A stretch of DNA of 64,000 nt from Azolla caroliniana (lineage: Eukaryota > Plantae > Polypodiophyta), in the NCBI GenBank assembly GCA_043228905.1, contig JBHGNT010000013.1, forward strand, positions 1,922,001 through 1,986,000, read 5' to 3'. This document shows positions 49,682-60,472 of the stretch, piece by piece. Both the position numbers and the translations under genes were made by a program. The notes under the pieces are model-generated. The model saw only the letters and a program-made list of their open reading frames with translations. It ran no database searches and was not told the origin of the DNA. The first letter of the stretch is position 1; every line of letters begins with the position of its first letter.

Positions 49682-52600
49682 TGTCGCGTTGTTACGCGCG
49701 TGCGTGGAGAAGGGCGGAACCACGGGGGTCTTGGACTAAGGAGAAGGGGAGAAGGAATAGGACTTCGGAATGGAGCTTAGCACAAGAAGAGAAAGAATGA
49801 ACAAGAGGAAGATGGAGGCCAAATGCTCAACAAGATATATTAGAACCAAAAACCGATTACAAAATGGCGGCCGCGTAGGCCGCACCAAACGACTATGATA
49901 AACCCGAAACCCTAGACCGACGAAGAAGAAAAGAAACCCTAAACCTAACGCTCGTCCTATGTGGTATACCTTTCGCACTCAAAAATAGGCAAACCCCACA
50001 ATGGTGCTCTTCCTCTCCCTTTATAGCACAAGGAGGGAAGACCGTTACATAAAGGTGCTACAAAATATCCCCTTTCAATCAATGGGGATATTTCCCTTGA
50101 TTTTAGGGGAGGTGGGAAGGATGGGCCTTAACTCCCACCTCTACACGAACTACTATGTACCTATCTCTCTCTCTCACGTGGATGTGCGCGCACAGCACAT
50201 CACCTTTACACTTTACAAATCCTAAGGTGCATTTCTAGCACCATACTTATCACTATCGACAAATAGAAATACGACATGTTGATGTGCAACGTTGCACATC
50301 GCGGGTTTGCTTACTTCGTTCGGTTTTCCGCCTATGGACGAAAATCTTCACGACATCCGCCCCCACCTAACCGCACATCCACCGGTATGTGCCAAAAGGG
50401 GAACAAAACGCGAGATTTTCGGCCAAGGCGGCCAACCGAGCCCTTGACAACCTCGTGGGCTTGCCCGGCTTCGTCTTCCACTTCGAGCAAGTCCACCCCG
50501 TCCACACGAACCACCGTCGCCTTCCGGCCCACCATCTCCGCCGAATGGTCTCGAACCGTTGGCTCCATCCGATCCGCCACACTTGACGACGTTCGCCGAG
50601 TCGTTGCCTCCACCCGATCCGCCACGTCCACCGTGATTCCTCGAACCACCGTCTACATCCGGACCGCCGTTTCCGATGCCCGCGCTTTCTTCCCCGATCG
50701 GTCCTCCCGAACGCCGTTGCCGACCCGGTTGCTCTTCTTTTGTCCGCCTCGTATAGCCTCCGGATGCTCTCCCGCGAATGCGTGCTCGTGCTTCGGTCCT
50801 TCGACGACCCCATCACGCATCTTCCGCCTTCCCTTCGCCTTCCGTGCTCTTTCGCCGTAGAGCATACCATCATTCCCATACTCGTTGCTTGGCCCTCATG
50901 CGGCCGTATTGCACGTTTCGTATCCCGCTCCTTTTCGCGTACCCCTTTGGAAAGGTACCTTCCTTTCCCAACCTCCGTGTCGGGGCCCTTCGTGGCTCTC
51001 ATCATCGCTTCATCTCGACCAGCGCCTTCTTTCGTCCCGCGCTTGCCTCTCGAAGGCTTGACCCGACCATCGTCGTCGGTCACTCGTTGTCGCCCGTTCG
51101 CCGTATGCATGCTCGTCTCTTGGCCCTCCACCGGCCGTATTGCATGCGTCTCGTGTCGCGTTTCCACCGTAGACCCGTCCCCCGCATCGGTCTCCAACTC
51201 CTCGCCGCCACCCGCCATCTCCTCGGTCTTCCGTTGATCCGCAACCGCCGAAGTGTTAAGCATAGGTGTGGAGGGTTCCTTCCGCTCTCGGTCTCCCACC
51301 GAGTCCTTGTCCTTGCGCCCGCTTGGCCCCCTTCTCGCGCTCACCGGCTCCCACCGTGTGTTGCGACTCGTACACCTCGACCTCCAATCGTGCCGCTTCG
51401 CCTCCCGTTCGGGTCGGATTACCGACCGGCTCGCCTTTCGGTTGGGTCGGTTCCCGACTTGCTCCTCGATACCGCTCCGATCCTCTCCGTCGGACTCTCC
51501 GTATACGCCCATTCCGGGCCCCGTGTCCCCTTCTTCGCATGTGCTCTCTCCGGGCCACGCCTCCTCACGGCCACCGCCCTTCTCTACGGTCTTATGTTGG
51601 CTTCCGAGTGCAACCGCCGTAGTCTCCGGCCTCGGTGTCAAGGGGTCTTGCCTCCGTCCGCTCCAATCTTCCTTCTCGTTTCCGTTGCCCGCCTTGCCGC
51701 CGTCACCTCCCGTCGCGCTAAGCCTCATACCGGCACTCGGGCCGGCCATTGGAGCCTCTAGGATTGGTGTGGGTAAGGACCCGGCACCGCCGCTTGTTGT
51801 CTCCGTAGCCGCTTTCATTCGGACGTCGTTATTCGTGGCTCCCCCATCTCCGATTCCGCAAGCCTCTAGTATGCTTGCCACCACCTCTTCTTCGCCGTTC
51901 TCCGCGTCATCTCGTTTGCCCGCCTCGCCGCCGCCACCGTCCGTCACTCCAAGCCTCTCGCCGGCTCTCGGGCCGACCGCCGAAGCCTCTAGGGCCGGTG
52001 TGTGGAAGGTCGCGGCACCACCGCTCGCCTCCTCTCCGCTCGATGTTTTGGGCCGCCGTGCCCCGAATCTTCCGCCCACTTTCGAAGTGGCGCTCTCCGC
52101 TTCGTAGTCACCGGCCTCATCCTTGGCCGTCCATTCGCCGCAAGACGAGAGGGTTGCTCGCTCCGCACCCTCTCCCATGTCGTCGTCGTTTCGGTGGCCC
52201 GCCTTGCCGCCGCCACCGCCCGTCGTTCTAGGTCTCGTGCCGGCACTCGGGCCGACCGCCGAAGCCTCTAGGGCCGGTGTGTGGAAGGTCGCGACACCAT
52301 CGCATGTTTCGTCTTCCTCCATTTCGCAAGCCTCGAGTATGCTCGCGAAATCCTCGTAGAATGTTTCGGGCAACCGTGTCCCGAAACTTCCGCCCACTCT
52401 CGAAGTGGCGTCCATCGCTCCGTAGATATCGGCCTCGTCCATGGCCGTTCTTTTTCCCCGAGATGAGACGGTCGCTTGCTCTGCACCTTCTCTCGTGTCG
52501 ACGCCGTGGTCGCCCGCCTTGCCACCACCACCGCCTTTCACCATAGGTCTTGCGCGGGCACTTGGGCCGGCCGCCGTGATCTCTAGGAATGACGCATGTA

Positions 52601-54484
52601 AGGTCGCGGGACCGCCGCTCGTCGATGTAATGTCCGTAGCCACCTCCGCTCGGACGTCGTTGTCCGTGGCTACCCCGCCTCCGTATATGCAAGCATCGGT
52701 TATGCTTGCCGCCGCCTCTTCCGCGGTCTCCTTACCGTTGTCTTGGTTGCCCGCCTTGCCGCCGCCACCGTTCTTTTCCCTCGGTCTCACGCGGGCGCTC
52801 GGGCCGGCCGCCGGGGTCTCTTGAACCGGTGCGTGGAAGGTTGCGGTACCGCCGCTTGTCTCCTCCATACCCGAGGATTCGGGCCACCATGTCCCGAATC
52901 CGCCATGTCCGCTCGAATCGGCGATCGCCGCCTCACCGTCCCCGACCTCGTCCTCGGTCGTTCTTTTCCCCCATGTCGAGAGGGCGGTTCGCTCCGCACC
53001 CTCTCCCGTGGTACCGATGTACCATTCTCTTTCGGCCTCCGCATAGGCCCCGTTCTCCATGTGTGAGGAAGCTCCTTCCTCCGCGTCCTCCGATCCGCTC
53101 GGGCCCGACCCCGCAATAAGCCATTCTTCGGCTTCGATTTTTGCCATTACGAGCCCGCACGCCTCCCGTATTAGCGCTTGTAGGTCGGGCCCCTCCAAAC
53201 CGGTTCGCGATGAGCTCTCGTCCGGCGGCATGGCGTAGTCGGTCGTCGCTCTCTCTTCTCCCCCGCTCGCGGGCCGTGTTGTGGCCGACCGCCTCGCCTC
53301 ATGTTGCCGACACACCCATTCCACTTCGGGCCACTCCTCGGTGAGACCATGCGCCCCATAATCATCTTGAAGCTCGAACATGATGTCCATCCTCTCCTCA
53401 TGATGGACCGTCTTCAAAAATAGGAGGACTTTGTCCGCCCCCACCGATCTTCGTTCCCACTCCGAGAGTTGAGAGAAACGACGCTCGAACTCTCGGAATG
53501 CCTCCATTGCGCTCCGATGGCGCCTCGCCGACGCCACCCACCGATCGAACTCTCGCCGACCTCTTACCTCCGATTCCGCGCACCCGTATACCTCCATTAG
53601 AGCCCCTTCAAAGGACTCCCACGATTCGTGAGCTTCTTGGAGCTCCTTGACCTCCTCGTACTTTGATGCGGCCGCCGCTCGACGAAAGAACTCTCGCCTC
53701 GCCCTCTTCCGTCCGGCGTCCATCAAGATCTTTGTCATCATCTCCTCGAAGTCGAAGCCTTCTTCCATCTCTTTCTCCCTTGCCGCCCTTCACGTCGGGT
53801 TCACCAAAGATGTCGCGTTGTTACGCGCGTGCGTGGAGAAGGGCGGAACCACGGGGGTCTTGGACTAAGGAGAAGGGGAGAAGGAATAGGACTTCGGAAT
53901 GGAGCTTAGCACAAGAAGAGAAAGAATGAACAAGAGGAAGATGGAGGCCAAATGCTCAACAAGATATATTAGAACCAAAAACCGATTACAAAATGGCGGC
54001 CGCGTAGGCCGCACCAAACGACTATGATAAACCCGAAACCCTAGACCGACGAAGAAGAAAAGAAACCCTAAACCTAACGCTCGTCCTATGTGGTATACCT
54101 TTCGCACTCAAAAATAGGCAACCCCCACAATGGTGCTCTTCCTCTCCCTTTATAGCACAAGGGGGGAAGACCGTTACATAAAGGTGCTACAAAATATCCC
54201 CTTTCAATCAATGGGGATATTTCCCTTGATTTTAGGGGAGGTGGGAAGGATGGGCCTTAACTCCCACCTCTACACGAACTACTATGTACCTATCTCTCTC
54301 TCTCACGTGGATGTGCGCGCAAAGCACATCACCTTTACACTTTACAAATCCTAAGGTGCATTTCTAGCACCATACTTATCACTATCGACAAATAGAAATA
54401 CGACATGTTGATGTGCAACGTTGCACATCGCGGGTTTGCTTACTTCGTTCGGTTTTCCGCCTATGGACGAAAATCTTCACGACA
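49682..54484 (-). mobile_element. Element D: young non-autonomous Gag-only LTR retrotransposon
   Basis: 674-bp LTRs at 49682-50355 and 53811-54484, with two differences seen; 4-bp TSD GCGT; PBS TGGTGAACCCGACGTGA (tRNA-Trp) at 53806-53790; PPT AGGTGGGGGCGGA. Confidence 0.96.
50367..53768 (-). CDS. 1133-aa ORF: Gag-like N-terminus plus a long repetitive G/E/A/T/R-rich tail
   Basis: One open frame fills the whole internal region from PBS to PPT. No protease, RT or integrase motifs. Confidence 0.8.
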   Translation of the reverse strand: MEEGFDFEEMMTKILMDAGRKRARREFFRRAAAASKYEEVKELQEAHESWESFEGALMEVYGCAESEVRGRREFDRWVASARRHRSAMEAFREFERRFSQLSEWERRSVGADKVLLFLKTVHHEERMDIMFELQDDYGAHGLTEEWPEVEWVCRQHEARRSATTRPASGGEERATTDYAMPPDESSSRTGLEGPDLQALIREACGLVMAKIEAEEWLIAGSGPSGSEDAEEGASSHMENGAYAEAEREWYIGTTGEGAERTALSTWGKRTTEDEVGDGEAAIADSSGHGGFGTWWPESSGMEETSGGTATFHAPVQETPAAGPSARVRPREKNGGGGKAGNQDNGKETAEEAAASITDACIYGGGVATDNDVRAEVATDITSTSGGPATLHASFLEITAAGPSARARPMVKGGGGGKAGDHGVDTREGAEQATVSSRGKRTAMDEADIYGAMDATSRVGGSFGTRLPETFYEDFASILEACEMEEDETCDGVATFHTPALEASAVGPSAGTRPRTTGGGGGKAGHRNDDDMGEGAERATLSSCGEWTAKDEAGDYEAESATSKVGGRFGARRPKTSSGEEASGGAATFHTPALEASAVGPRAGERLGVTDGGGGEAGKRDDAENGEEEVVASILEACGIGDGGATNNDVRMKAATETTSGGAGSLPTPILEAPMAGPSAGMRLSATGGDGGKAGNGNEKEDWSGRRQDPLTPRPETTAVALGSQHKTVEKGGGREEAWPGESTCEEGDTGPGMGVYGESDGEDRSGIEEQVGNRPNRKASRSVIRPEREAKRHDWRSRCTSRNTRWEPVSARRGPSGRKDKDSVGDRERKEPSTPMLNTSAVADQRKTEEMAGGGEELETDAGDGSTVETRHETHAIRPVEGQETSMHTANGRQRVTDDDGRVKPSRGKRGTKEGAGRDEAMMRATKGPDTEVGKGRYLSKGVREKERDTKRAIRPHEGQATSMGMMVCSTAKEHGRRREGGRCVMGSSKDRSTSTHSRESIRRLYEADKRRATGSATAFGRTDRGRKRGHRKRRSGCRRWFEESRWTWRIGWRQRLGERRQVWRIGWSQRFETIRRRWWAGRRRWFVWTGWTCSKWKTKPGKPTRLSRARLAALAENLAFCSPFGTYRWMCG

Positions 54485-55134
54485 GCGTCACAAATCTCCT
54501 TTATCTTAGTGGTATAGTCTGTAACAGACATATGTCTTTGCCGGATATTGTTTAGGTATTGTCGGAGCGGCAACTTACGGGATGTGGTATTCGTGGCAAA
54601 AATCTTTCGAAGATTTTCCCATGCCTCCTTTAGCATTTTTGCATCCTTCATGTAGCCGAGCATCTGATCGTGCACACCGGACACGAGGCACTACAATACT
54701 TGGGCGCTCCTTGCTCCCATGCCAGGAAATCTTTCTGTGCCGGCTTCGGTGCTACCTTGTTGGTTCCTTCCACATAGCTCCAATATCCATGCACCAACAA
54801 GTACTGGTGCATTTTATATGACCGGGATGGATAGTTGCTCCGGTAGAGCTTTTTTGTTGGAAGTGAACTTGCCATTCCTTTGTCCATCTTAAGTTCTCTT
54901 CTGTTCTTCATCGGGTGTTAGGGTTTTTCTTCACTAGTCGCTTGTCGGCTGCAAAGGTTCTCAACCCTTGCGCTCTGATACCATGTGAAAGTTAGCGTGC
55001 AGAAGCGTATGCCAAACTGACTTTGCTAGAGAGTAACTGTAAAGAGAAGAAGGTTTAATGGAAGCTTAACACATAGAATAAGCATACACATGACAGAGAG
55101 AGAGATAGATAGATAGAGAGAGAGAGCAGAACAT

Positions 55135-57040
55135 TTAGGAGAAAGTGTATTGCTCAAGTGCTAGCAGATGATCATTTTATGTTTTTGGGAGTTACATGTA
55201 ATAATGTTACAAAAGCTACAAAGGTTTGGGAATTGTTTTCTCTTGCATTAGGATTAAAGATTAATATGCATAAATTAGTTCTTATTTCATGTACTGAGCA
55301 AAATATATTGGAGCTTGGCTGGCTAGGAAAGATTCTTAATCGTGGGGAAATTTTTCGACACTTGGGTTACCCTATTGGAGTAGAAATTTCACGTGTTAAA
55401 CTAGTTGATTGGGTGTCGAGAAAGATTGAAAAAAAGTTCATCTATTGGAGACCTCAGTCATGGCCATTTCATATAAGGGTTAAAGTTGTGCAATCCATTA
55501 TGATACCCATGGTTTCTTATTATCTTCTATTGTTGCCATGGTCTAAGAAGGCTGTTGAAAAGGTTACCCAATCCATGCGTTCATTATTATGGGAGAAAAA
55601 AGGGAAACATGGCATTTCTTGGTTGGCACGGGATCATATTTGTACTCCAAAACGGCTTGGTGGAGCAATATTATTGAATGTATATGAGCCTATGGTAGCT
55701 CGGAGGTTTTCATTACTCATTTTTATGTTTACAAACACACAACCATGGATAGAAATGGTGATTTTCTTTATTGAGATAATTGGCATCAAGTTTGGCAATG
55801 TAAGAGTAGAATCACATTGGTGGAATGTAGTCAACTCCAAAAGGCAAGTGAAGTGTTCAATGTCTTGGGTTGTTAATCAATTATTATCATCTTGGCAGAA
55901 TGTGTTAGAATTTGTCACGTGGGATCCTCCATCACATAGAGAGCATGCAAATTCTCTACAACTAGAGATTTTGGCAACATCAAGGGTGTTGGATTGGGAA
56001 AGTAAACAATCTTTGCAACATCAATTTAATCGAATGGCTCAATTAGGATTGGTATCACGAAAAGATGCAATTTTGACTTCTCAAAGAAGGTTGATGGCTT
56101 TTCGTATTGCTAGATGAACATTTGGAATTCCACGCAATTATTGGCACATTTGGTATACATTACAAGGATTATCAATGTTGGAAGGCCATCTGCCACATTT
56201 GAATAAAGATTCTTTATATCTTGATTGGACATTTGTGGGGGGGAACAACTTAAGTATGGTTTCAACGAATGAGGTTTATCATATAATTATTGGGAAACAT
56301 ATGTGGTTAGAAAATAGGGTAATTAAGGTATGGTCTTTTCATAGGCCAACAATTTGGTGGAAAAATGTACTTTAGAAGGGTTGGTGTTCACATTGGTCAT
56401 TTAGAGCGAAGGTATTTATTTGGAGTGTTATGGTTGGTGGATTGCCATTGGGTGATGCTTTATGCAAAAGAAAAATTACTAGTGGTTTCTGTTTCTTTCG
56501 TACGGTGGAAGTAGAGCACAGTCGACATCGATTTATTTCATGTCTTGTTACAAAGATGGTTTGGAAGTTTATCAATGCAATATGGATGTCCTTGAGAAAA
56601 GTGATACAATCTCCTTTCAAATGGGTTTTTGCACAAGTGGAATTAGGAGGTCTTTCACCTTCTTTTCAGATTATTTTGGATTATTTGAGGTATTATGGGC
56701 TTTGGTTTATTTGGCATATGCGAAATGCTTTTATATTTGATGAACAAAGGGGAGTACACTGTTATGTGTTGAGATTGAAGGGGTTCCTTTTATGGCAATT
56801 TTCATTGTTGGAGATGTCAAGCATATTCAATCATGAAGAGAGACAAGTATGTAAGTTAGTTGGACATCACATTCGTCATTTGGTCTGATAAGAAAGATTA
56901 GGGGATGTCGAGAGACATATTCATGGTTTGTAATGATATGAATATGTATCTCTCTATGGAGATATGTAAAGTTGACTTACAAGTTGTAATAGGGGTTTTT
57001 TTACATGCAATTAATATAATTGTGTGATTTTACCAAAAAA
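55135..57040 (+). mobile_element. 5'-truncated L1-type LINE (RT C-half, zf-RVT-like region)
   Basis: LADD, GLKIN, HLG and PKRLGG motifs plus a Cys/His motif; A tail; 17-bp TSD GAGAGAGAGCAGAACAT at 55118-55134 and 57041-57057. Confidence 0.93.
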
Positions 57041-57160
57041 GAGAGAGAGCAGAACATAAAACTCTATTAAAAAATAACACTCTGTAACTCTGTACATAGA
57101 ATGTGCTTAGAGAGCACTTTTATACAAGTCCATAAAGGACTAATAGAAGTACTGACGGGT

Positions 57161-57870
57161 ACCCAGCTACGGAAGACCTGGTGAGAACCGAATGAGGAGT
57201 ACCCGGCTACGGAAGACCCTGTTAGAACCGGATGAGGAGTACCCGGCTACGGAAGACCTGGTTAGAACCGGATGAGGAGTACCCGGCTACGGAAGACCCG
57301 GTGAGAACCGGATGAGGAGTACCCAACTACGGAAGACCCGGTGGGAACCGGATGAGGAGTACCTGGCAAGAGCTGGATGGTGAAGGCCCGGTGAGAAGTG
57401 CTCTCCGGATGAAGGGACATATTCGTAAATATGTTTCTGAGAGTCCATCGGGGCTAAATTTGTAAATAGCCTAAAAGTCGTATTAGTATAAATATGACTT
57501 AGGGAAAAGAGAGAATATTTTCTTTTGAGATGTTATCATTGTTGTTGGTGCAAGACTAGAGAGCGCGTAACAGTGTACAGAGAGAGAGAGAGGGGAAGAG
57601 GTCATTGCCACTGTTGTAACCGCCGCCTGTGGCGAAGATTGTGAGCACGAGGTCGTTGCATCTGTGAGCTCACTGTTGTAATCATTGTGATATAGTGATA
57701 GTTAGCAGTCTGTGGGTTGCCGTGGTTTTTCCCTACTTTAGGTTTTCCACGTTAACATCCCGTGTACTCTTCTCTCCATTGTGTTGTGCTTTCATTTCCC
57801 GTTTTCTGTGTATGATTCTAAGCTCGGTTGAGGCCGAGCGTTGCGTATAGGGAGTGTGCAGTTCCTGTCA
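57161..57870 (+). mobile_element. Partial copia B-like LTR with five 40-bp tandem units
   Basis: Similar to 15149-15798; ends CCTGTCA inside an H-type LTR. Confidence 0.85.
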
Positions 57871-60203
57871 AATCCGAACACAGAAAATATGCAGGTTTCA
57901 TGGAGGGCTTGAATATACACAGTACGCGGAAGAGATAGAGAGAGAGAACACACAAAAAACTCAATTAAAAATAATACACAATCTGTACATACACTGTGCT
58001 CAGTGAGCACCTTTTTTACAAGTGTTGACAATAGGGCTGACACAAGTACTAACAGTACTTGACCGCTCATAAATGAGCCTACTAAACTAACTCCCAAAAT
58101 TATTCCTTACGAGGAATATCTTCCCAACGGCCCCGTGGTTTTCATACCTATACGGCCATGTTATGCGTACCGATTTACGCACCCAGTCTATGCACTAGGT
58201 TACGCATTGTATTATGCACGAATGTTGAGCTTCTCTCTCAACAAGATGCAATAGGGCAACCATCAATGACTACAACGGATGCAGGACAAGGGAGGTTTCT
58301 CAATAGCATTTTTTGGAATAAAGCAAATTCTTTGTCCATAAAACAAGAGTTGGCTCCTGAATCTAAGAGAGCAGATGCAAGAACTCGATGATCCCTAGAA
58401 GTGCTAAGCTCAACTTGTGTTGAAAAAACTCAGCTAACATGATTCGATAAAATGGAACCGCTACTTGGGGCTGACTTTACGTATTCTGGTTTGTCCAACC
58501 AAATGGCTCTGATTTTGATTGGTCTTATTCGTATAATATTTCATCAAGCTGACTCAAGACCTCAAAACTATTGGATTGGCCTAGACCTGTCGGACTACTA
58601 CGGATAGATAATCTAACTGGGGAATTGGAATTAAGTTTCTCACTAGTACTTACTTGATTTACTTGTCGTTTTGGGCTATATGGGTAAGTGATTGCTATGT
58701 GTCCTGGACCACCACACTACAAACATAGGCGGTTTTCTCAGCATCGTTGCTTCTTAGTTTCAGACAAAGGCCCTCGACGACATGTTACATCGACCTCCAT
58801 TGGACTTGGACCAGTTGATGGAATCATGTGTGAAGTTCGGGTAGTGCTCGTAGGTGTCGAGGCTACTACTGAAGCATATGTTTGATCCGCTCTTGGTCGT
58901 GTCATTAGTTGACGTTTTGAAGATCGCTCGAATAAATGATTGTCACATCGCACTGCACGACTTATTGCTTCTGTAAGAGATCTTGGATCTTCGTAGAAAG
59001 TTAATAACAAATCGTTTACATCATTTCGTAGTGCATGGCAAAACTGATCCATTAATGCTTCTTCATCCCATGGAATATCACAAGCTAGGAGGTAGAAATA
59101 TGCAGTGTATGTGGAGGCCAGACAATCCCCTTGACGCAGTCTTCGAATTTTATTGATGACCGTTTTGACACTATCAGTGTCTCCAAAGTTTGCTTGAAAT
59201 GATTTAATAACAACTTCAAAGTCTTGAAGGAGAGGAGATTTCTTTTCTAGCAGTGGTGCAAACCATGCTAATGTTGTTCCTGTTAAGAGGGTTCCTACTA
59301 GTCCAACTCGAGTTGTATCGGTTGGATATCTATTAGGATGCATATGAATTACTAGACACACCTTATTTTAAAATCCTTGAAATTGTGATCGATTACCATC
59401 GAACCTCCCAGGCAAACAAATCTTTGGTTCTTTGGGAAAGCTTTGTTGCATCAAAGCTTGTTGATGAAGAGACCGCAATGTTATTACGAGTTGCAATACA
59501 CGTGTTGATAACTCGTCATATTGTTGCGCCTTTTCTATGCTTACTTGTTGTAAATCTCCAAGCAATCGTTGATTCTCTTTCTCTAGAGCCAAAAACTTAT
59601 TTGTGAGATGCTCCAGCTTAGAGACGACTCGAACATACTCTTGCTTGGTATCAGTGACGATAACACTTGCTACGATTCTCAAGAAAAAGAAGCAAAGAAG
59701 ATAGAGAGAGAGAGAGAACTGGCGAGAAAGAGAGAGAGAAAGAGAGAAGATATTCTGGGTCAAACTGTCAAGGCCTTAGTTTGACAAAAGAAGATTGAAC
59801 AAGAGAGGAAAAGAAAGAGAGAACAATGGCTATATTTTTAATATAATAGGAAAATATACAATAGCAAGAACTAGAATATTTGCCAAAGACTGGTGTTGAA
59901 CCATAATGGTTCTAACAATACAATATGTTCTATTTATATAGGAGTAGTATGTGCCCCTTGGATGTTTGTAGGGTCATGATACCCTTTGGGATGTTGTAGG
60001 GTCATGATACCCTTTGGGATATTGAAGGGTCGTGGCACCCTTTGGGATATTGAAGGGTCAAGGCACCCTTTGGATATTTATAGGGTTACATTATCAATAT
60101 TATAATAAAGCAAATTATAATATTTTTACGTAAAATTTATATAACTTGATGGCTAGAGTTGAGTGCTCCTCTTTAGGAGGTCATGGGTTCGAGTCATCCT
60201 AAA
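57871..60203 (-). mobile_element. Paralogous copy of chromovirus E (H solo LTR, protease, gag, 5' LTR from 59766)
   Basis: Collinear with 31605-34165, but lacking the A solo LTR and the RTE-like LINE. Confidence 0.9.
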
Positions 60204-60472
60204 TCTTGTTGGATATCCAATACTCATCAACACAAGATTCTATCATATAATGGTCACATTAGCGACAAGGCATGAAAGTTGTGATGAATAAATTTGGTGG
60301 ATATGGATAATGATGCCAACACAATGGTGGTTGACTTTAGTATAGGAACATGAAATATTAAAGGTTTTTGCCTTTGTGAAATTTAAAAGCAAGGAAGGAC
60401 CTACCGTTGATAGTATTAAAAAAACCTTCAAGCATAATGAGGTGTATAAACCTCAGCAAAATTGGCCAAACT

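Larger units (their letters stand above)
42726..57160 (-). mobile_element. Degraded copia F: 3' LTR 42726-43204, internal RT/RNase H duplications, and a 5' LTR from 54984 split by a LINE
   Basis: PPT GAGGGGGAG; PBS TGGTATCAGAGC at 54983-54972; LLYVDD, ARTKHIEVHYHF and DPKSEKCILVGY motifs. Confidence 0.9.

Noticed and set aside
49905-49950. AAACCCTA telomere-like motifs in LTR D
   Set aside because: Only two or three scattered units are present. They are at most telo-boxes, not a telomeric array.
50276-53929. Many overlapping plus-strand ORFs across element D
   Set aside because: They are shadows of the GC-rich minus-strand ORF and show no recognisable motifs.
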